From the IMG/VR virus record IMGVR_UViG_3300022230_000138, positions 1-29,184 of that record: DNA of 29,184 nt; one strand, 5' to 3'. Position numbers and translations under genes: made by a program. The DNA is from a virus. A model generated the notes under the pieces. The model was not told the origin of the DNA, searched no databases, and worked only from the letters and a program-made list of their open reading frames with translations. Below are positions 9,124 to 16,608 of the stretch, one piece after another. Positions within the stretch are counted from its first letter, which is position 1. Each line of letters opens with the position of its first letter.

Positions 9124-9533
9124 GCGTGACCCTGATGGCCATAGACCTGGATGATGAGAGGATACTGAGCCTCAGCAGCGTGGAGGGTGAGGATGTGCCG
9201 CAGGGCCTCCTCCGAGCAGCGAAATTCCATGCCATAGAGTATGTGTCAGTCTACGCTGAGTCCAGGGGCTATGACATCCTCTCACTCCCCGAAACATCCA
9301 TGGAAAGTCTTGTGATCGCGGCGGAGAACATCGCGGCGGGGATGATCATAGACTTCCTCAGGGAAGGGGTGCCGGAGGAGTACACGAATCCACGGACCGA
9401 GATGGGTCGTGAAATCCTAGAGAAACTCTTCCTAGGCCTAGAATCCCGTGTGAGGCCACGCTCACCCCTATCCGAGACCAGCGTCCTCCACGGGAAGACC
9501 CAATTCACGTATAGCGACAGGTACGGTGACTAG
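9120..9533 (+). CDS. Head-tail adaptor/connector protein
   Basis: Small helical protein immediately after the capsid gene; assigned by synteny. Confidence 0.6.
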   Translation: MSVTLMAIDLDDERILSLSSVEGEDVPQGLLRAAKFHAIEYVSVYAESRGYDILSLPETSMESLVIAAENIAAGMIIDFLREGVPEEYTNPRTEMGREILEKLFLGLESRVRPRSPLSETSVLHGKTQFTYSDRYGD

Positions 9534-9536
9534 TGC

Positions 9537-9968
9537 ATGTACTCAGTGGATATCAGCGGCGGGGAAGCCCTCATACGCCTCCTGCAGGAGGCGGGTGACC
9601 GGGCCCCTGAAGCCCTCCACAGGATGGTGGAGGAGACCGCCACAGCCTACCTAGACCGGCTCCGGGCCAGATCACCACGGAAAACAGGAAACCTCGCCGG
9701 ATCCCACCTGAAATACCAGCGGGGACCACTGGAGGCTGTGGTTTCGGTGGACATGACCCGCGCGCCCTACGCACTCTATGTGCATGAGGGCCGAGGGCCT
9801 GTTTTCCCTGTGAGGAAGCGGGCTCTCTGGTGGGATGAACTGGAGCACCCTGTGGCTTCAGCCGGGCCTGCGAAGGCGCAGCCATGGTTCGAATGGGTGC
9901 TGCGCGAAGCACCAGCCGAGAGGGTGGTGGAGAAGAACGCCAAGGCCCTCCTGGCCCTTTTCAGGTGA
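9537..9968 (+). CDS. HK97 gp10-like neck protein
   Basis: SPRKTGNLAGS, APYALYVHEG and PAKAQPWF motifs. Confidence 0.8.
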   Translation: MYSVDISGGEALIRLLQEAGDRAPEALHRMVEETATAYLDRLRARSPRKTGNLAGSHLKYQRGPLEAVVSVDMTRAPYALYVHEGRGPVFPVRKRALWWDELEHPVASAGPAKAQPWFEWVLREAPAERVVEKNAKALLALFR

Positions 9969-10408
9969 TGATGATGGCTGTATGTGATGATGTGAAGAAG
10001 ATATACACGGATCTGGCAGAGTACCTGGAGTCCACGGGCCGTTTCGGGGAGGTGGTCCTGGGGCTTCCCGAGACACTTCCACAGTTCCGGAGGGCTCTCG
10101 CAACCCTCTATCCGGCGAGGATGGAGTTCCATGACTCCATGGGACGGTTCAGTCTCCCGCAGAGGCTTCATTCGGAGCTGTGGGTGGTGTATAGGGGTAT
10201 TCGACCCTCCTCCTTCCTGCAGGCCCTGGAGGATCTGGTATTCCTCCTGGGGGAGGCGCAGACGAATGAGGCGTTCTCCCGGGCGGGGCACTCCTCTTTC
10301 CTCACGAGTATCGAAAGGGTGACGTACACGCCCGTGGTTTCGGGGAAAACAGGCTATCTGGCCGTGAGGTATGAATTGAAGCATGATGTAACTTCAGTCA
10401 TCCATTAG
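9968..10408 (+). CDS. Tail terminator-like protein
   Basis: Position before the tail tube gene; alpha/beta pattern. The start is ATG 9968, 9971 or 9974, not 9884. Confidence 0.6.
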   Translation: MMMAVCDDVKKIYTDLAEYLESTGRFGEVVLGLPETLPQFRRALATLYPARMEFHDSMGRFSLPQRLHSELWVVYRGIRPSSFLQALEDLVFLLGEAQTNEAFSRAGHSSFLTSIERVTYTPVVSGKTGYLAVRYELKHDVTSVIH

Positions 10409-10412
10409 GATG

Positions 10413-10423
10413 AATATTAAAAG
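10413..10423 (+). promoter_or_regulatory. Candidate internal TATA box for the tail operon
   Basis: AATATTAAAAG in a short AT-rich gap about 25 nt upstream of the tail tube ATG, within GC-rich surroundings. Confidence 0.35.
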
Positions 10424-10443
10424 TTTCTTGGAGGAGATAAGAC

Positions 10444-11469
10444 ATGCCAACACGTTATTTCGGATTCAAAAAGGAATCAAGCTTTGGGGAGGAGGCCGCC
10501 GGCGGGTCAAAGTATGATCTCACAATCGCAGACACCGTGAGCCTCGACATCCCGGACGACGCGATCATAGAACTCCCCAGCCTCAGCCCATTCCAGGAAG
10601 GACATATCCCGGGCTACTACGCCCCCAAAGGGAGTTTCGAGTACCCTGTGGATGTGAAAACCATCCCCCACTTCCTATACTTCCTTCTAGGCGGATACAC
10701 CTTCACAGAAGGATCCAGCGGGGGAAAGAACAAGCATGAGTTCTATGCGACAGAATCCACCTTCCTACCCTCATTCACCGCCCGTGTGGGGAAGGACAGC
10801 TACGAACACGTCTTCCTGGGCTGCGTCCTGCAGAAGGCCAGCTTGGAGGTGGAGGATGCTGTGACGATGATGAAAACCGATATCGTCGCTAAAAAAGATA
10901 AGAAGGCGACTATACGCAGCTCACTGAACGAACCGGGTCCTGTGTGGCCGATAGCGTACCATCACGTCACCGTCACCTTCGGTGAAGGCGCTGGGGCGAC
11001 TGACTACACTTCCTACGTGCAGAGCTTCAGCCTCGAGTACGAGAATGGTGTGAAGGAGGATTATGGCCGTGGTTTCGGCTCAAGGTTCCCGTACATGTAC
11101 ATGACGGGGGAGAAAAGCTGTGAGATGAGCCTGGAGCTCCGTCCGATAGGCGCTGATCAGCAGTACATCGATCAGGACTTCCTGGAACGTGTCTGGGGTG
11201 CTGAGGATGGTGTGAGCGAGGACTCCACGGCCGTCTCAGAGAAGGTCACCGTGGTTTTCGACGCTGGAACGGCGGGTACGATGACACTGGTGGCGCCTCA
11301 GGCCTATATAAGCAAATTAGACACGAGTTACAAGGGCGCTGAGGCCAGGACGCTCTCAATGGACCTGAAATGTGAGATGGGAACCGTCACACTAGCGGAC
11401 GGTTCAACAACCAAGAAAACCCCCCTCTACGTGAAAGTGGGGAGTGATGAGGGGCAGGTAACAGAATAG
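10444..11469 (+). CDS. Major tail tube protein
   Basis: RYFGFKKESSFGE start, LPSFTARVG...VFLGCVLQKASLEV pattern, size 341 aa, synteny; no sheath gene. Confidence 0.88.
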   Translation: MPTRYFGFKKESSFGEEAAGGSKYDLTIADTVSLDIPDDAIIELPSLSPFQEGHIPGYYAPKGSFEYPVDVKTIPHFLYFLLGGYTFTEGSSGGKNKHEFYATESTFLPSFTARVGKDSYEHVFLGCVLQKASLEVEDAVTMMKTDIVAKKDKKATIRSSLNEPGPVWPIAYHHVTVTFGEGAGATDYTSYVQSFSLEYENGVKEDYGRGFGSRFPYMYMTGEKSCEMSLELRPIGADQQYIDQDFLERVWGAEDGVSEDSTAVSEKVTVVFDAGTAGTMTLVAPQAYISKLDTSYKGAEARTLSMDLKCEMGTVTLADGSTTKKTPLYVKVGSDEGQVTE

Positions 11470-11476
11470 GAGTGAT

Positions 11477-11923
11477 ATGATGGCGAAGATGAAGGAAAAC
11501 ATGGAACTCCTTGAGGAGATAGTGAAAGGAACCGGAAAATACCATGAAACCCAAATAGAGGGCCTTTCGAAGCCCATATACCTCAGACCTCTCTCATCAG
11601 CCGAACTGCTCGAATTACAGGCCCTGGAGAAGCGTGGGATGAAAGCAACCCTCAACCTGGAGGGTATGCTCGATATGACGCCCAAACAGCGCCGGGCGAG
11701 CGTGAAGGATCAGATGCAGAGCTTCCAACAAGAATTCGACTTCGAAAAGGCGCTGAAGATGAGGATGGAGGTGCGCTTCAAGGCAATATCCTATTCCATG
11801 GACGTAGACGAGGATCACGTGAAAAAACTCCCCCCCGAGATCGTAAAGAGGATATTTGAAAAAGTAGTGGAGGTATCAGGACTCACAGAGGATGATCTGG
11901 ACGCTATCAGTGAATTTCGCTGA
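11477..11923 (+). CDS. Tail assembly chaperone (lambda G-like)
   Basis: Lies between the tail tube and tape measure genes; IYLRPLSSAELLEL pattern. Confidence 0.82.
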   Translation: MMAKMKENMELLEEIVKGTGKYHETQIEGLSKPIYLRPLSSAELLELQALEKRGMKATLNLEGMLDMTPKQRRASVKDQMQSFQQEFDFEKALKMRMEVRFKAISYSMDVDEDHVKKLPPEIVKRIFEKVVEVSGLTEDDLDAISEFR

Positions 11924-12155
11924 ATCAGAGACTGGAAGGGGCCTATGGGCCCTCATAGACTCAGGACACCCCCTAGCAGAGACTCTTGGGGATCTGACGG
12001 AGAAACAGAAGGCCTTCATCATCCACTCCTACTATTTGAAGCTGGAGGAGGATCGGGAGTTCCTCGCCGGGGTGATGGGCGCTGAGCTGAAGAAAGGAGG
12101 AAGTCATAGTGGACGTGTGCGTAGAGAAGCCCTCAGACGGGCTCAGAAACTCTGA
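11892..12155 (+). CDS. Tail assembly chaperone extension (lambda T-like), probably made as a +1 frameshift fusion
   Basis: Overlaps the upstream ORF in the +1 frame; LGDLTEKQKAFI motif; no well-spaced RBS. Confidence 0.75.
   Translation: MIWTLSVNFAESETGRGLWALIDSGHPLAETLGDLTEKQKAFIIHSYYLKLEEDREFLAGVMGAELKKGGSHSGRVRREALRRAQKL
11915..11923 (+). other. Candidate +1 programmed frameshift site TTT-CGC-TGA
   Basis: The last two codons plus stop of the chaperone; a UUU to UUC slip enters the downstream ORF. Confidence 0.7.
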
Positions 12156-12176
12156 AGGGCCCGGATGGTGGTGTGG

Positions 12177-15100
12177 ATGAAAGAAATAGGGATCGTGGTG
12201 AAGCTCCTAGACCGTTTCACCGGGGAGCTCAAAAAAGGCGCCAGAACAGCCATGGACACATTCAGGACCATGCAGAACTCCGCGAGGACAGCTGGCACTG
12301 CAATGAACCGTGCAGGTGGAGATGCCAGGAAATCACTGGTGAACGTGCAGAACGAGACCAGGAAAGCCTCCAATGCACTCACAAAGCTCGGTAGGACCGC
12401 CACGAGCCTGAAACTCACCCCGAACACTGACGGCCTCCGAAAGGTGAGTGCGGAGGCCACAAGGGCCGGTGGGACTATCACACAGTCCTTCACAAGAGCA
12501 GCCACCACCTCATCCACCGCGATGAACATCCTCAGCACCACCACTACCACAGCAGCAGGACGAGCCGCGGGTAGCATGCAGAGAATCTCCACAGCAGCAT
12601 CCTCCGCCCTGGGCCGTGTCTCCGCCCTGGCGACCTCTGCAGGAACACGACTCATCGGGGCCTTCTCACGCGCAGCTACCGGTATATCGGGTGTCTTCAG
12701 CCGAGTGGGCTCCGCTGCATCATCCGCCTTCACTAGGATCCGGAAGGGAGTGAGCGGGGCGTCATCATCCCTCGACACTTTATCGTCGAACATATCGGGC
12801 TTGATAGGGGCCTTTGGGGCTGCTCAGCTCGCATCAGAATCCTTCAGCGCTGCGATGGAGCGTGACATGTTCGCGGCGTATATGGAGATGAATGTCGGGG
12901 CTGCGAAGGCCAGGGAAATCGCCAGCATCATCCGTCAGATCAACATAGAATCCCCCGCGCCGGCTGGATTTATAAACAAGCTCATCACTGGGGCTATCGC
13001 GAACCAGGCGAGCCTCACAGCCTCCGAACTCCGCCTCCTGGGCCAGGTGGCCTCCGACTATTACATGGCATCGGTGATGATGGGAAAGAACAAGATAGAC
13101 ATCGAGCAGGACCTTGTTACTTATATTAACACGGGGAACACGTCGGAAATGGCCCGTACCAGTATCCTGAAGGATCATGTGGACTATCTGGGTCAGCAGA
13201 AGACGATTTCGGAGAGAATACTCGCCCTCGACAAGGCGTTGAAGGAAGAAGGGTATCGTGGCCTCAGCCAGCAGCAGAGAGCCCTCATATATTGGGAGCT
13301 GACGAAGGACCTGATCATGGAGGTCTTCATCAGCCTAGCGGGGAGTGTGCTGCCCATCTTGACGGGTGTGATGCGGGCTTTCGTCAGCTTGGATGAAGCC
13401 ACCCGCGGATGGGCCGCTGCACTTGTAGCGGGCGGTGTTGGGCTGCTTGTTCTCATCACAGCCCTCCCCACACTCATATCATTGGTTGAAACGGTTTCAA
13501 TAGGCTTCAGCCTCCTCCGGGGGGCTCTGGTGGCTTTACCCGGCCTCTTCGCTGGCGCTGCGGGTGGGGCTGGGCTCTTGGGCTCCGCTATCTCCTTCCT
13601 CACCGGCCCCCTGGGCGTGGCTCTCATGGCGGTCATCGCGATCACAGCGGCTTTCATATACTTCTACCGGACGAATGAATCCTTCAGGGAGTCTGTGAAT
13701 CGTCTTGGGCAGAGCATCATGTCCGCGCTTGGCGGGGCGCTCAGTTGGCTCGCTGGTGTGGCTGGGCAAGTTTTCACATCCCTGAGGAGTGCCCTGCAGG
13801 GACTCTGGGGGGCACTGCAGCCTGTGGTCTCCGCGGTTGGCGGGTTCCTCTCATGGCTCGGCAGGCTCATAGTATCCTTCTACACCACCACTGATGGTGT
13901 CAGGGCCCTTATAAGCAGCCTCGGACCCCTCGGGGTGTGGATCGGGTTACTCTTGAATCCTATCCAGACCCTCCGTTTTGCATTCCAGCAGTTGAAGATG
14001 GCCTGGGATCAGTGGGCCTCATCAGCGGAGGGGCAGGCGACTCTACAGGCTCTCAAGGCTGCTTTTAATGAGGTTAAACTTGCCATGCAGCAGGTCTGGG
14101 CTGCACTGCAACCCGTATTCGATGCTCTAGGGCAGGCATGGGCGGAGCTTAGCAATGCTATTGCTCCTGCCCGTGAAGCCAGTGGGGCTGTGAAGAGCGT
14201 AGGGGATAGTGCAGGGGGGGCTTCTGGTCCGCTGCAGTTATTCGTTGATATTATCCATGTTGTGGCTTGGATCCTCTCGAATGTTGTTGTCCCGGCGATA
14301 AGTGCGTTCGCAGAGTTCATCAGGTTCATCGCCCCTGCAGTGCAAATGTTAGCCTACGCTTTGAGTGGTTTGATCAGTGTACTGGTCTACATTGGCCAGG
14401 TAGTTTATACTGTGTTCTCATTCTTTTACCAGTTCGGTCAGGCATTATGGGAGCTCCTGAATGGTAATATCACTGTGACGGAGTTCCTTCAGCGTGTCTG
14501 GGATATTTTCAGGGCTACTATCGGCAGGATACTCCTGCAGATAGTGATGGCTGTGATACGCTTCGGGGCTCAGTTAGCAGTGCAGGCGATCCGCGCGGGC
14601 CTGCGTTTCGTGCAGAATTTCGTGAATTTCCTCAGGGACCTTCCACGAATCGCTTGGCTCCTGTTACTTCTTGTAATTCAGAGGGTTGTGTTCTGGGCTA
14701 ACAAGATGTACGCCCGGGCCCGTCAGACCGGGCAGAGGGTTGTGGAGGGGGTTATGTCATTCCTAAGAAACCTACCGGGGATGGTCTGGCAGGAACTCCT
14801 GAATGTGATTGATAAGATTAAGCAGGCCCCTGGAGCCGCGTATCAGGCGGCTGTGAATTTCGGTAAAAGGGTCTGGGATGGTGTGAAGAAAGGATTAGGA
14901 ATCGCATCCCCCGGTCATATCTACAGGGATGTCTCTGATGAAATCACCCGCGTCACAAGGGAATTCAAGGATAGGCAGGATGAAGCCGCTGCATCAGCGA
15001 AGGGTTTCGCGGATACAATAGTCTCCGCAGCATCTATTAAGGGTGCGGGGCCAACCCCTACACCAGTAGCTGTAGCCGCGCCGTCCATGCCAAGCCCTCC

Positions 15101-16424
15101 TGCAGCAGCCGTGCCACCAGCACCAGCACCAGCACCTGCACCCAGCCCGGGTGTCACCCCCACGGTGACCCCTGATAGGATCATCGCTGAGTGGGCTCCG
15201 ATCCGGAAGATACAGGATATCACAGCGCAGACTTGGCGGGGAAGCTTTGAGGCTGTGAGAACCGGCTTCATGGACATGCAGAACACGACTAGAACCAGCC
15301 TCATGAACATGCAGAACACGACCAAGACGGGTACGCAGAAGATACACAGCTCCTTCGACATGATGAGGAGGGATGTGTCCACCGCCATGACCGGTGTGAA
15401 GCAGGCAGCGACACGTTCCTTCACCGAAATGAAAAACGGGGTTGTTGCAACCGCCGAGAAGACGAAAACAGGGAGCACAAGCCATATAAACACCTTAAGA
15501 CGGAATATTGAGCGTTTCTTCGCGTATATCCGGAGCCCGGCCGGGGGACCGGCAGGAGCGCCACGCATAGGCGGTGGTGGTGGTAGATCATGGAGCTTCC
15601 GCCTCCCAGCCCCAGCAGGCCCATCACCACGCCTCGTGAAGGATGAGATCCGCCCTCCAAGCCCCGCCCTGATCAGTATGAGTTCTCGTGAGCTCCGCCG
15701 CCTGGAGGAGGAATACTGGGAGGATGGATGCTCATTTCTACCCGCTGGGGGCTGGGATCAGAGCAAACGATGGATCCCAACCGTGAACAGGCTGATAGAC
15801 CGCAGGGAGTTCTCCCCACTCCCTGGGATGCGCGTCAAGGTCGGGGCTTTCCGGAAATGGCCCCCTGAGGGCGTTTTCGGGTCATTGGCAGGGTTTATAC
15901 CCTTCATTTCACGTGTCATCGGAGCGACACGGTACAGCTTCTACAGGGGCAGCAGCGGCCTGAGCATCCAGCAGCTCCTCAGACGGGGCGCCTTCAACTG
16001 TTATGACGGCGCCAGGGTCGTCGCAGCCCTTGCACATGCCTGGGGCCTCCCTGCTAGCGTCCAATGCGGTTTATCCTGGAATGGGATCCCCCATTGCGCC
16101 GCACGGGTCGCAGGGCTCTGGTTTGACACGACCGCCTTCCAGTACGGGTACGGGTGGACCTCTCCGAAGGTCAGAGGGTACGGTCCGGGTCCGGATGATT
16201 TCACCGTCCCCCGTGAGCCTGGAGAGGTTCATAGCACCGTGAATATCAATGTTGAGGTCCATGCAGGGCCCGGTATGGATGAAGAGACTTTGGCTGAGAA
16301 GATTAAGCAGAAAATCACCGATCCAACAATTCTTAGAAGGATTGCGGGTGATAGGGTGTTCCTTAAGGCTTTTGACAAGAGTTATGGGGGTTACTATGTG
16401 AATGAGGATAGGAGGAGTCTGTGA
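12177..16424 (+). CDS. Tail tape measure protein with a C-terminal transglutaminase-like (Cys-His-Asp) domain
   Basis: About 1415 aa, Ala/Ser/Gly-rich helical repeats, 11-aa repeat at 15270-15335, hydrophobic central segments. NCYD (Cys 15999), PHC (His 16092) and WFDT (Asp 16125). GGTGGTG RBS favours ATG 12177. Confidence 0.95.
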   Translation: MKEIGIVVKLLDRFTGELKKGARTAMDTFRTMQNSARTAGTAMNRAGGDARKSLVNVQNETRKASNALTKLGRTATSLKLTPNTDGLRKVSAEATRAGGTITQSFTRAATTSSTAMNILSTTTTTAAGRAAGSMQRISTAASSALGRVSALATSAGTRLIGAFSRAATGISGVFSRVGSAASSAFTRIRKGVSGASSSLDTLSSNISGLIGAFGAAQLASESFSAAMERDMFAAYMEMNVGAAKAREIASIIRQINIESPAPAGFINKLITGAIANQASLTASELRLLGQVASDYYMASVMMGKNKIDIEQDLVTYINTGNTSEMARTSILKDHVDYLGQQKTISERILALDKALKEEGYRGLSQQQRALIYWELTKDLIMEVFISLAGSVLPILTGVMRAFVSLDEATRGWAAALVAGGVGLLVLITALPTLISLVETVSIGFSLLRGALVALPGLFAGAAGGAGLLGSAISFLTGPLGVALMAVIAITAAFIYFYRTNESFRESVNRLGQSIMSALGGALSWLAGVAGQVFTSLRSALQGLWGALQPVVSAVGGFLSWLGRLIVSFYTTTDGVRALISSLGPLGVWIGLLLNPIQTLRFAFQQLKMAWDQWASSAEGQATLQALKAAFNEVKLAMQQVWAALQPVFDALGQAWAELSNAIAPAREASGAVKSVGDSAGGASGPLQLFVDIIHVVAWILSNVVVPAISAFAEFIRFIAPAVQMLAYALSGLISVLVYIGQVVYTVFSFFYQFGQALWELLNGNITVTEFLQRVWDIFRATIGRILLQIVMAVIRFGAQLAVQAIRAGLRFVQNFVNFLRDLPRIAWLLLLLVIQRVVFWANKMYARARQTGQRVVEGVMSFLRNLPGMVWQELLNVIDKIKQAPGAAYQAAVNFGKRVWDGVKKGLGIASPGHIYRDVSDEITRVTREFKDRQDEAAASAKGFADTIVSAASIKGAGPTPTPVAVAAPSMPSPPAAAVPPAPAPAPAPSPGVTPTVTPDRIIAEWAPIRKIQDITAQTWRGSFEAVRTGFMDMQNTTRTSLMNMQNTTKTGTQKIHSSFDMMRRDVSTAMTGVKQAATRSFTEMKNGVVATAEKTKTGSTSHINTLRRNIERFFAYIRSPAGGPAGAPRIGGGGGRSWSFRLPAPAGPSPRLVKDEIRPPSPALISMSSRELRRLEEEYWEDGCSFLPAGGWDQSKRWIPTVNRLIDRREFSPLPGMRVKVGAFRKWPPEGVFGSLAGFIPFISRVIGATRYSFYRGSSGLSIQQLLRRGAFNCYDGARVVAALAHAWGLPASVQCGLSWNGIPHCAARVAGLWFDTTAFQYGYGWTSPKVRGYGPGPDDFTVPREPGEVHSTVNINVEVHAGPGMDEETLAEKIKQKITDPTILRRIAGDRVFLKAFDKSYGGYYVNEDRRSL

Positions 16425-16594
16425 TGGGTGAAATAATCATTGAGGATGGGCGGATGATAGGGACTGGGGCGGTGAGGCGCTTCCCAGTCACCATCACCAT
16501 ACTATACTCGTCAGAGCCGCCTGACATAGCCCCAGAGGGCACGGAGATCCTTACAATCGATGAGAAAACAGTGGAATTCACCCTGCTGAAGTGA
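16424..16594 (+). CDS. Small hypothetical protein (56 aa), absent from the ORF track
   Basis: GGAGGAG RBS; TGATG overlap with the tape measure stop; MGEIIIEDGR...EFTLLK exactly fills the gap before the next gene. Confidence 0.7.
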   Translation: MGEIIIEDGRMIGTGAVRRFPVTITILYSSEPPDIAPEGTEILTIDEKTVEFTLLK

Positions 16595-16608
16595 AGGAGG
16601 AGTGAAAA

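Noticed and set aside
9531-9539. Genome-wide TAG reassignment or pyrrolysine, suggested by in-frame TAG junctions at 9531, 19396 and 26640
   Set aside because: TAG also ends genes whose neighbours are in other frames (1659, 6138, 10408, 11469). No internal TAG interrupts a recognisable domain, no suppressor tRNA is seen, and Methanobacteriales are not known to use pyrrolysine.
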